The notes under the pieces are model-generated. The model had not been told where the DNA came from. It saw only the letters and a program-made list of their open reading frames with translations, and made no database searches. A DNA stretch of 64,000 nucleotides from Utricularia gibba (taxonomy: Eukaryota > Plantae > Magnoliophyta), in NCBI GenBank assembly GCA_002189035.1, contig NEEC01000024.1, positions 310,001 to 374,000 of the forward strand, given 5' to 3'. Numbering within the stretch: position 1 is the stretch's first letter; each line of letters starts with the position of its first letter. A program made the translations under genes and the position numbers. Positions 53,300 to 64,000 of this stretch are shown here, piece by piece.

Positions 53300-55155
53300 A
53301 AATATTAGTGATGATTTTTTGGATATTCGAGAGCATTTTATTGTTTCTAATCCCGAAAATTTTTTTTGCAAACATTGTGCTAAAGAGTACACTTTCAAAA
53401 AGGGTTGGGGAACAGATACATATAAGAGGCATTTTAGAGAGAAGCATACTGATAAATTATCTCAATTTCGTCAAACTAGATTATGTTTAGGGGGGTGATA
53501 ATAGTGTGAGATTATCCAATTTTGTTTTTAATTATAAATTTTTTCAAATGTGGTGCGTTATTTGATACTTAATGAACTTTCTTTTTCATTAGTTGAAAAA
53601 CCTTCCTTTGATGATATGTTGAAACAAGTTCAACCGGTGTACAAAAATTTTACTAGGAAAACCACATGCCATATTGCACTTGAGGATTTTAAAAACATGC
53701 GTGACTCTTTAATTTCTACTTTTAAATCTCTACAATATAATTTTTGTTTGATTTGTGATAGGTTGGAAAAGTTGTAACAATAAGGTCTTGTTTGGTTGAT
53801 GTGTTTTAGGTATTCGTGGGTTTAGATTATTTGAGTTTAACTAAACTCAAATATGTGGGTATAAAATTACTCATACCCCCCTTGGATATACATATACTCA
53901 TTTATGAGGGTATTATATGGGTATAATGATTATTATATACATATATAAGGTATAATTATACCCACATATCAAACAATATAATTTTATTAAACTTATCATA
54001 AACCAAATTTATATCCTCATATCAAACATGGCCTGAGAGTTATATTGTTATTACATATTCTTAGGTGGATAATTCTTGGTGTATGCAAAAGCGAATTTTA
54101 GCTTTTCAAGAATGGCCATCAGTACATAATGGTTTTTCTATTGCTAAAATTATTGAAAAGGTCACAATATTTTATGAAATATCTGATAGAATTTTTTCTA
54201 TTTCTTTAGATAATGCATCTCAAATACAAATCCTATTGACATTTTGAAAAGTAGCATGAATGCTATGTTGAATAGCATTTTTTTTCACACTAGGTGCATT
54301 TGTCATATCTTTAATTTGTGTGTTCAAAATGGTTTGAAAGAATGTGAAATTTTTTTAACTCCTATTCGTGATTTAGTTATTGTGATTAAAGCTACACCTA
54401 ATAGAACAGATGATTTTAAAAAGATTTGTCAAGAAAGTAATATCTCTTATCGTAAATTTAAAAGTGATTGTCCAACTAGATAGAATTCTACATATGACAT
54501 GTTACAATTTTTGATTCTTTATGAAAATGTTCTTATTAAATTTTCTGAATCTTTTACGGTATACAATTTCTTGACTCATTTTATTTTTTAAAAAATAAGA
54601 GGTTTAGTAAATTTATTAGAAACATTTTATTATTGTACTAAGATTTTGAGTGGTATTTATTATCCAACTTATCAACTTGTACTTTCATGTATTTGTAAAA
54701 TTTTGTTTGCTTTTTATGATCATCAAAGTGATTGTGATTTCTTTGGAGATGTAGTGCGAAATATGAAAAATAAGTTTTTGAAATATTTTGATGAAATCAC
54801 ACATTTGTTTCTTATTGCCTATTTTTGATCCCCGGGTTAAATCTAGAGGTGCGAAAACGTTACTTGAATGTATTTCAGAGTCATTTAGTATAGATGATGT
54901 TGCTTTTTCTATTAAAAATTGTGAAGAAATTGATGTTGATGCTAATAATGTTCTACGTGCCATGTATTCTCTTTATGCTTCTAAATATAGTGATTTTGAC
55001 AGTCGCAATCTGATGGACATAATTCATAGGAAATATAGCTCATTTGTGTTATCCTCTTCATCATCTCCATTAAATTTTGTTGATCAAATTACACTTTACA
55101 ATAATACTCCTATTGTTGAGGGTGTTGATGATGACAACTTTGATATATTGGATTG
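53300..55155 (+). pseudogene. hAT transposase (BED finger, catalytic region, truncated dimerisation domain)
   Basis: BED finger FFCKHCAKEY...GTDTYKRHFREKH; WKSCNNKSYIVIT..VDNSWCMQKRILAF; ISLDNAS; FFHTRCICHIFNLCVQNGL; DCPTR*NSTYDML; SGIYYPT; FDPRVK; ends at DDNFDILD(W) at 55155. Stops and frameshifts throughout. Confidence 0.9.
53784..54033. mobile_element. Tourist-like MITE inserted in the hAT transposase, 250 bp
   Basis: TIRs GGTCTTGTTTGG / TCAAACATGGCC, flanks TAA / TGA. Removing it restores WKSCNN-KSYIVIT. Confidence 0.8.
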
Positions 55156-55173
55156 TGATAACACATATTTTTG
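55156..55173 (+). repeat. 18-bp stub of a family-B LTR 5' end
   Basis: TGATAACACATATTTTTG, identical to 63786-63803 and to the reverse complement of the LTR ends at 28957 and 32934. Confidence 0.7.
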
Positions 55174-57618
55174 GGGAAAATTTGAGAATGTGCCACCCAA
55201 CACAAGTAATGTTAGTCAATGTGTCCCTATACTATCGAAATTAATGAATTTGCCACTGAATTCATTATGTCATTGCAAATGTGCCACCCAAGTCTTTTCC
55301 CATCTTAATTAATACCCTTCCATATGTGTGAGCAGCGGTCGTGTGTAAGGACACGCACATAAACAAAAAAATGTGCCATTGTATGTTCAAATGATTGAGT
55401 TTTGTGCCACTTATCTTAAAAAATAATATAAAAGGGGAAATGAGACAAAATACCAAACATGTATCACCTAGCAAAAGATATCAATATCCGTAGTTTTAAA
55501 CCGTTGCAAAACAAAAGTAGAAGGGGCATAACATTATCAATGACTAATTTCCTGTGCAACGCCAATATCTTCGACAAATGCCTCCAACTCCCGTTTGGTA
55601 AACCAAGTAGGAGTCATCTGGTAATGAAACAAAAGTTAGTGACTCATTTAAATATAAAATCACTCAAATATATTTGACGTACAAAGTAAGGATATCCCTC
55701 TATGTCGAATTGATCCCGAGCACTTTGCACGAACAAGTTTATGTAATAAAGCACATACAATCCACATTTACTAACTCCCGTTTGAGTAGGCACCTGATTT
55801 ATAAATGTCAAAAAATCACATTGAGAATCGTAGCATTAAATCCATACCATTGGTTTGAGTAATGACATCTTCCGATAAGTATCCTCTGGTTCAGATGGCT
55901 TCAACACTGAATATAGATTGTTAATGAACCTGCAACCACCAAAAAAATATAATGTTCATATAACTGCAACTCTGAAAAATTTCTTCGAATCTAAGGTCAC
56001 TCATACCTCCTAATCATTGACTCATTTAGTGAAATATTGGACTTCCCCAATGAGTCCAAAACAATCAAGGAATGTTTATTCTTGATACTTGGGTTGCAGA
56101 GAATCACCAAATACCAATGACTACTGCACATATGAAGTATATTGTGAATTTTTAGTAACTATGTACCTAAATAAATGAAAAAAATGTACCTTGCTACAAC
56201 ATGGATGAAAATGTATTTCTTTCTATTGAACATTTGCATCTTGTGCAGCTTCTTCATAATTGATTCCACATGTTCACCTCGACACCATGCTCCAAAATAC
56301 AAACATTCAACAAACACATACAATTTGCTGCAAGCTTGAGGTATTGATTGTCGAACCTTCCTGTAGTATATTTGATAAAATATGATAATGAAATCCTATT
56401 GAAGTAGAGCCATCATACAAAAAACATATGGGGTTGAAACTTACTCAAGCAGTTTGGTGAATGTCTCATCTTGAAGCATTCCAAATCTTTCAATACCTAT
56501 AGCATCAGGATGTGGCCGGAAATATGTAGCTCTTCTAGTAACTATAGGACTATGGAAAGGAGGGGTTTGTGATGACACATTAATTGGATTGTGTTTTGGA
56601 GTATGACAGGTACCAATCTCCTCATAAGTATGTAGAGAAGATTAGCCAACATCTTGTTTGATCTCTATTGTGGTGTGGTGACTAGCAGACTGTGTTTGAG
56701 GTGCACTGCTAACTTCTTCATTTTCTGTAACATGTGGGATTGAAACAACAGGCACTTTTGGTTTCCTCCTATTCTTTTGGGCAGGTGGAGAACTTGTTGA
56801 TTCTTCGAATGTCGCGTTCTCTTTTGCTTCAGTTGTGTCTCTAAACAAATATAACAAGAGAAGCATTTGGAATATCAAACAATAAATCACAACACATTAT
56901 AATAAGAGGATCAGTTGCAATATTAGTTATATTATTTTAAAAAAATATAATTATAAGATTTTTCAGAATCTACCTAGAACATTTTGTTGACTTTTGTGAT
57001 GGAGCATGTGATTTTTCAGGCATTTTGCATATGACTTTGTTATGCCTAGTCTCTCTACAATTACTGCACTGCATTATTCTCTTCCCACTTCGAAGCCTTT
57101 GTTTTCCAATGCTAAGGGGTGGTGGTTCATCCCGCTGTCTTTTCCTTAACTTAGGAGGTCTACCTCTTCTCTTTCGAAATGGAGGGGCAGCTATAGGGGG
57201 TTTTTCCAAAGCTGGCCAGTATTCCGAAGAATTAACTGGCATAATAATACCAGCATAACTAGTTGAATACTTCTCCACATTGTAACATTCATTGACATAG
57301 TTGTATGGATCTCTATGGGAAGCCCAAATTGCTTTGACAGCATGGGCACAAGGAATACTGCTAAGGTCCCACTTACGTCAAGCACATGTTTGCTTGTTTA
57401 AATTCACCAACACTTGCACATCTAAGCTGTTAACTTGCCATATTCCATCATTGCATGGCGTGGCTCTAAAATTCTTAGCTTTCTCAATGAATTTTTGTAG
57501 AAGGGTTCTGATTTTTGGGCAAATCCCAGGTGACCAGGTTCTAGCTTGCTCCCTACAATTTCGCATCCTCAACATAACCTTGGTCCTTATAGTTTCCAAC
57601 AACTGTATTATAGGCTTG
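55174..57618 (-). mobile_element. Mutator-like element (MULE), one end: TIR plus transposase-Ulp1 gene
   Basis: TIR-like GGGAAAATTTGAGAATGTGCCACCC with internal repeats of ATGTGCCACCCAA; MuDR SWIM domain TCA*RKWDLSSIPCAHAVKAI, PPFRKRRGRPPKLRKR and Zn knuckle CSNCRETRHNKVIC. The opposite TIR was not found. Confidence 0.8.
55537..57618 (-). pseudogene. Chimeric MuDR transposase C-terminus::Ulp1 (C48, FUG1-like) SUMO protease reading frame, two premature stops
   Basis: Exons 57618-56974, 56840-56445, 56360-56190, 56123-56007, 55929-55848, 55793-55683, 55617-55537; all six introns are GT-AG and phase-compatible. Protease motifs SHWYLVILCNP, LIVLDSL, VPTQTGVSKCGLYVLYYINLF, YPYF|MTPTWF. In-frame stops at 57378-57380 and 56642-56644. 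Confidence 0.85.
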
Positions 57619-58990
57619 TGATGCGTGTCGTTTCCACAACAAATTTTAATACTTTTAAAACTCATAAAACACAAAAGCGTAGTACGGGTGTCGAACACAG
57701 GGAATTGTTTTTGAGTGAAAGGTGAGGTACCCCGAATACAACTGTCACAATTTGTAAATGGTTTTGAAGGTTAAAGGTGCGAGAAACATTGATGATGAAG
57801 CTTGAGTAAGCGAATGAGAAGGGTTTTGAGCAAACAACTAAAATAAACATAAGCGATGAACCTTAAATAAAGTAAATGTTCCTAGGTTTGGAATCCTGTC
57901 CAGCTATGTTCATTGCGTCTTCACTCTTCCCTGGTCCTCTCGAGTACTCGGTTATAGGAGTAAGGAATTGCCTACCCTCCCTTACACTCTCTTGCAAGAA
58001 GGCACGGGAATAGCCCGATGTTGCTCCTCCTTGGACGAACGTGAGAATAAGAGGCCTTACCAGCATACCCTCACGGCCGAATTGCGCGCATGTGCCCGAG
58101 TGTTGCCAATGACTCAATGAGTCCAGATACGAAGTTACTACCTGTCCATTGATAGTGAGGTACGGCTACAAACAAAATGTTGTCTTCCTCCTATCAAAAG
58201 GGCTCGAGTTGGTGCTTTCCACCTTGCTCCTCTCCAAAATCCGCAGGTAGTGATCAATTAACCATGAACCTTAAATAAGGGGACTGTTACAGAAAGACTG
58301 CAACATAGTCGTGCGAAGACATATGAAACCTGATCGGATTCAAAGAAAATGTGAAGATAAGCTAACGAAACATAGATCTGGTGGTGTTCCAACCCAGAAA
58401 CGGAAGTTTCTAGCCACGAACGGCCATACAAACTAAAGGAAACGCAAACAAGGTTGTAGAGAGAAGCAAGAGGAAAAATCCTCTAGAGAGAGAAAAACAA
58501 AAGAGAAAACTAAACTAACTACTCTCACGTCTGAACAGAACTGGACTTCAATGAGAGTTTGAGATTTCGTGTCCCTATGATTCTGCTGAACTTGGGATGA
58601 CTTGCAGGCAAACGTCTAACACTGGTACGCTAATGATGCCGCATGTCAGAGACTCCCGTGTTCCACACGTCATGGCTCATGATTAGGCGTTTGTAGTCTT
58701 CCGGAAATCAAGGGAATGTTAGCTCGGGAAGATCCAATTTGTCGCCATTTGATGCCCTCTTTCTCTCACTTCCTACCACGTGTGCATCTCTAGAAAAACT
58801 CAATTAAAACTAGTAAAATTAATAGGTAAAATACAAGATTTAGGATAATTACCCTAAACTAGATAAAAACCTAAATCTCATATTATAGACTCCTAATTAG
58901 ACACTTCTAATCACATTTAAACATAAAAACAACCTAACAAATAATAAGCAAATGACACTTAACGTATTCCCCCACACTTAAATCATGCTT
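57619..58990 (-). mobile_element. 3' LTR (57619-58964) plus PPT stub of an Athila-like element, truncating the MULE transposase
   Basis: Ends match family A (TGATGCGTGTCGTTTCCACAACAAATTT ... GACACTTAACG); adjacent PPT region reads AAGTGTGGGGGAAT on minus. Confidence 0.85.
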
Positions 58991-59199
58991 GTCGTCAAGT
59001 ATGAAAACAGATAGAGATATGATTTTGTTAATTATTTTGAGAATATTTTAATATTTGATTTGTTTTAAATGAGTTATCAATATATATTTAGTAATTCGTT
59101 TATTTTAATTTTGCAGGTCAATAGATACTTTAAATATTCCATTGGATTGTAGTTTATTGCAAATGCAAGATCGGCATATTTTGAGTCGAATTTTGAGCC

Positions 59200-59520
59200 G
59201 TAAAGATATTTCATATGTTTATTGAAATTTTTTATTGAATATTTATATTCAATACTCTTACCGAATGTATTATGATTGAGTGTGTTTTTGTTGAATATTG
59301 GTAAATCTATTCTTATTCAATATTTTTGTTGAATATTTTCTGTGAATCTATTTTATCCAATCTACTCTTATTGAATACTTTTTTTGTGAATCTATTCTTA
59401 TTGAATATTTTTATTGAGTATTTTTTTAATCTATTCATATGAAATGTATATTTATCGAGTTTAGACTTATTGAATATTTTTATTTAATCTATTGTTAATA
59501 AATCTATTCTTATTATAGGA
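59200..59520. repeat. Degenerate AT-rich tandem repeats
   Basis: Repeated TTGAATATTTTT / TGAATCTATTCTTA motifs. Confidence 0.6.
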
Positions 59521-59529
59521 TTTGATATT

Positions 59530-60750
59530 TTGCATAAGAGGGATGTACAAGATCTTATACTAGTCTTCTCAAGTATGCAAAAGAATTTTATTGAAATTTT
59601 ACCACAATTTGTGGATGCATTGAGGACAAAACGCTATTGGTGCAATGTGTTGAAGAATCCTAGAGTACCCAAGAAGAGTGAAGATGTGTCTAAGGATGAG
59701 AGGATAGAAGAGGTAATGATGTTGAAGGGGAAAAGTACACATATGGTGTCAATGATGTGGATGATACATTTACATTTATAACAAAGAAGAATGAAGAGCT
59801 TCGCTACAAGTTGGATTGGTATGAGAGCCGTTTAGCGTATACTGGACCCTCTTTGAGTGCCTCTGAACCTCAACGAAAACTGGTTATCTTGGACATAAAT
59901 GGTGTGCTCGCAGACATTGTATACATGGCTGGACCATAAGGGTCACGAACCCCTCCAGACAAAATTATATATGGCCGATCAGGTACGTTAACACAACACT
60001 TATTTTTGTGTGTTATATGCATTAACACTCTGTGAGATATCATAAGTAGTTTTTGGTGTAATTTGTGTAGTCTTTCTACGTCCATATGCCTGTGACTTTA
60101 TTAGGTGGTGTTTGGATAATTTTGATGTAGCCTTATGGTCATCGCATGGCGGGTACGTGTGCTGCATCTGTTTTTTTTTTTTTTTTTGGTATTGCACAAA
60201 TACTTTCAAGTGATTTCTTTTGTAGGGAGCAACTACAAGCAATCACTAAATGGGTATTTCCACCTTACTTATTCAATAAACTCATTTTCGTGTGGGACTA
60301 AATGATGACTACGGACATAGGTGTAAGTATTCACAATAATCCTAACAATACGGTCTACATGAAGGAGTTGAGTCGTGTATGGGCTATCAACAATGGATTG
60401 AACATAAGATATGACTGTAACAATACCTTATTGATTGATGATTCACCTCACAAGTCAATGAAAAATCCGATAAGTCATTTTAGTTATTCTCCTATACCAT
60501 ACACTTGTTTATATATAAAAACTAAGCCTACATTTTTTAGGAAAATAATGCTGTTTTTCAAGTCCCTATTCACATACTAATAGGGCTGATACATCACTAA
60601 ATGTTGATGGTGAGATGCGGACTTTTCTTGAAGGGTTACGGTATGTTCATGATGTTCCAAGCTATGTTCATGACAACCAAATAGGACAACCCCACATACA
60701 TTAGGGACATGCCTTATGGAAGTATTACGCATGCCTACAGGATTATTAGA
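59530..60750 (+). pseudogene. FCP1/NIF-homology HAD-superfamily phosphatase pseudogene
   Basis: RKLVILDINGVLADIV (motif I); PDKIIYGRS|VFLRPYACDFIRWCLDNFDVALWSS; KLIFVWD*; MKELSRVW; NNTLLIDDSPHKSMKNP; DTSLNVDGEMRTFLEGL...IGQPHI. At least three stops, one frameshift and a mutated splice donor (ATAAGT). Confidence 0.85.
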
Positions 60751-62515
60751 GGGAGCCTCTAATATTAGTTCTTGTGAAAAATTATGTTGTAGTTGGAATT
60801 CTTTGGTTGTTGACTTTTTTTTCTAAAAGACAATTATGTCGTCGTTAGTATTAAATTCGTTAAATTCCCATATTCATCATGTGAAATATGTTGCAGTGAA
60901 TAGTGACCCTCTAGATCAATTTGGAGGCACGTATAATGATTTATAAGGGTGTCTTTGATCACTTATGAACATGCATAAGTTCTGTTAAGTGTGCTTGGGC
61001 AGCGTGTCCTTTAGGGTTGTGGTTGTCGAATTGTCAGACATTTTGATCCATTCTTGAGGGTGCCTAGGATCTTCTTTGAACAACCTTAATGATTGTTAAG
61101 GATGTTTGGAAACTGTTCGCAAAACATGTGTCAAATATGTGATGTTAATTTTGTAAATTTAATCTACTTAATCCTTTTTATTTGTTGTTTTCAAAATAGG
61201 TGAAGGTTGGAAAAATTTTATGAAATAGATAATGTTTTAATTTTAATTTGAAAAATACACAATAATTACAAGAAATTATATAAAACAACTATATAAACAT
61301 ATTTATTTTCAAAAATAAATATATAAATAATAATTATATTCGTTTTATATGATTTGAAATCTTTTTGTATTTGTTTCAAAAAAATTTAATTTTATCAAAT
61401 GTATATTCAAATACTAATAATTTAATAATTTTTATCATTTATTTTATTCATTTAAGTCACAAATTATATTGATTTTAATTATACTTTACTGGGTATGTTA
61501 TCAAATAATTTAAATTAAGGTATTTTAAAAATTAACATAGTATATTACATAATATATTCAGTTAAATATAAAATTTAATATTTTTAAATATATCATTTAA
61601 TAATATCATAAAAAAAAATTAATAATTATTAAAAACTTCGCTGTCAAAAACCCACAGTGATTCATATGGATGCCTGGAAAACACCTAAAAACAGTAATCG
61701 ATCGGTTCTGGTTACGTTTTAGTTGGCAAATCTTGGTTCTGGTTTTGAATCAAAACCATCCGTACTGTTCCGGTTTCGGTTCGGTTCAAGGTTTGGGGAT
61801 ATGGTTTCGAACCGAAACTGAAACCATTGCCTTTTGTGAACCACGGTTTCGGAATCGACAGTTCACTGGAACCGTATGATTCTGAACCAAAACCATACGG
61901 TTCGGAACCAAACCCACCTCTACCAGTATCTAAGAAGCTTCCGGGCATTCATACGCCTACTTTCCTAAGTCCTTAGCGTAGACAGACGTTGGCATGCCTT
62001 CAATACCACTACTTGCCACCCAGACAAACCACAGATCCAACACTAACAAAATTCAATATAGATGTCAAGCGAGCTACACGAAGGACTGGTTTGGTTGCAT
62101 GGAAGTGGCAAATCCAAGCTTTAATTATTATGGTGTACGTAACTTGAGTGTTACAAAAAACATTGCTTGATTGATAGTTATAGAATAGTATTAATTGTGT
62201 TCGGTTGAAAGATTTGATTACTATACAAAATAAATAATGTTAAAGACTTGATTACCCCTTTTATGAAAAATAAATAAATGCACTCTTTTGAAGAGTGCGA
62301 TGATGTTGTTTATGTTTCTCCTGTTCTCTTCATTTGTTTCTAGGGTTCGAAATTCAGAATTCATCTCTTCTATTTAATAATTGGTGATGGGGAATTAGAA
62401 AAAAGTTGCTCAAAAAGACCTTTTTTTAGGAGAAGAGAAGAATCTTATCATTATCTTGAAGAAATGTATCAAAAAGGGTTGGAAACTAGAGAGCAGACTC
62501 AAATTTTAAACAATA

Positions 62516-63414
62516 ATACCCTCACGGCCGAATTGCGCGCATGCCCGAGTGTTGCCAATGACCCAATGAGTCCAGATACGAGGTCACTACCTGTCCATTG
62601 ATCCTGAGGTACGGCCATATACAAAACATTGTCTTCCTCCTGCCAAAAGGGCTCGAGTTGGTGCTTTCCACCTTGCTCCTCTCCAAAATCCGCAGGTAGT
62701 GATCAGCTAACCATGAACCTTGAACAAGGGGACTGTTACAGAAAGACTGCAACATAGTCGCGCGAAGACATACGAAACCCATTCGGATTCAGAGAAAATG
62801 TGAAGATAAGCTAACGATACATAGATCTGGGGGTGTTCCAACCCAGAAACGAAAGTTTCTAGCCGCAAACGGCCATACAAACTAAAGAAAATGAAACAAG
62901 GTTCTAGAGAGAAGCTAGAGAAAAATTCCTCTAGAGAGAGAAACAAAAGGGAAAACTAAATTGAAAGTAAACTAAACTTGTCTGAATAGAACTGAACTTC
63001 ATTGAGAGTCTGAGCTTTCGTGTCCCTATGATTCTGCTGAACTTTAGATGACTTGCAAGCAACGTCTGACACTGGTACGCTAATGATGCCGCCTGTCAGA
63101 AACTCCCGTGTTCCGCACGTCAAGTCTCATGATTAGGCGTTTGCAGTCTTCCGGAAATCAAGGGAATGTCAGCTCGGGAAGATCCAATTTGTCGCCATCT
63201 GATGCCCTCTTTCTCTCACTTCCGGCCACGTGTGCGCCTCTAGAAAAACTCAATTAAAACAAGTAAAATTAATAGATAAAATACAAGATTTAGGATAATT
63301 ACCCTAAGCTAGATAAAAACCCAAATCTCACATTATAGACTCCTAATTAGACACTTCTAATCACATTTAAACATAAAAACAACCTTAGAAATAATAAGAA
63401 AATGACACTTAACA
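62516..63414 (-). mobile_element. Truncated LTR, paralogue of 58065-58964
   Basis: Collinear with the 57619-58964 LTR from ATACCCTCACGGCCGAATTGCGCGCATG to GACACTTAACA, with scattered substitutions. Confidence 0.9.
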
Positions 63415-63785
63415 ATAGTGTATGCTGAAATTGTATTTCATGATTTGTGATAGGCATATTATATGATTTGCCATTGTTATATGTTTTGATTATGTGTCAT
63501 TATATTGCTGTTGTAAATTTTTAAATTGTTTGTATTATGTGATTGGTTTACGATGGATGATAATTATAATATAGGATGCTGTTATTATGTGGAAACTAAA
63601 TCAGGCAAAACCACGGGTGCTTATCACACCAGATAAAAAAACTGTTCACAAATCACTGAGTTTTGAATCACACGAGCAAAACAGCTCCAAGAAACAGGCT
63701 CAATCCAGCCAAACTTTTCCCTTAGGGCGCGTTTTATTGTTGGGTAAGGCCTAAACCCAGGTTTAGTTTATTTGGGTTTAGGTAA

Positions 63786-64000
63786 TGATAACACATATTT
63801 TTGAGTGATTGAGTGCATGGAAATGACTCATATTGTGCTACAAAACTTAAGTTTTACTGCCTAGTTCTATATTTTTACACATAGTACCATAGTTGTGTTT
63901 TTTTAGTCTTAGTTGGGACTAAATTGATTTAGTTCCAACCTTACTTTTAATAGTTTTCTTTGAGTAATGCAGCACATGTCGGCAACACAAATCCCAAGGA
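63786..64000 (+). mobile_element. 5' end of a family-B LTR, running off the window
   Basis: TGATAACACATATTTTTGAGTGATT...TTAGTCTTAGTTGGGACTAAATT is the reverse complement of the 32800-32934 LTR end. Confidence 0.85.

Larger units (their letters stand above)
50349..61922 (+). mobile_element. hAT DNA transposon (11.6 kb with nested insertions)
   Basis: Termini TAGAGGTAGGTT / AACCCACCTCTA; CGGTTC-rich subterminal regions (50360-50490, 61700-61910); 8-bp flanks CCGGCATC / CCAGTATC (6/8, both differences transitions); hAT transposase inside. Confidence 0.8.

Noticed and set aside
60750-61660. Searched for the second MULE TIR (expected GGTGGCACATTCTCAAATTTTCCC)
   Set aside because: No convincing match was found by eye, so the MULE's other boundary is not reported.
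63745-63785. CCTAAACCC / GGGTTTAGG telomere-like motifs
   Set aside because: Only single units in a short inverted arrangement; not a TTTAGGG array.

Overview
Plant (angiosperm) nuclear DNA, AT-rich, mostly nested and decayed transposons, with two apparently intact host genes and several gene relics. The intact genes are a 10-exon USP-like/Ser-Thr kinase gene (minus, 1539-4396, 723 aa reconstructed by hand) and a single-exon 78-aa secreted-peptide ORF with an IDA/IDL-like motif (plus, 48857-49093). From about 7 to 46 kb lie fragments of at least five Athila-like Ty3/gypsy elements, solo LTRs (two with perfect TSDs), copies of a copia-type LTR and an ACR (ACT-domain repeat) pseudogene. From 50349 to 61922 a hAT element (terminal repeats plus a degenerate 8-bp TSD) encloses a nest: an LTR within an LTR, a Tourist MITE, an 18-bp LTR stub, an FCP1-like HAD phosphatase pseudogene, and a Mutator-like element whose transposase C-terminus splices in frame through six GT-AG introns into a complete FUG1/ULP-type SUMO-protease domain. 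No CRISPR, rRNA or tRNA genes were seen. All calls come from manual reading and recalled family motifs. No database searches were run, and the species cannot be assigned.
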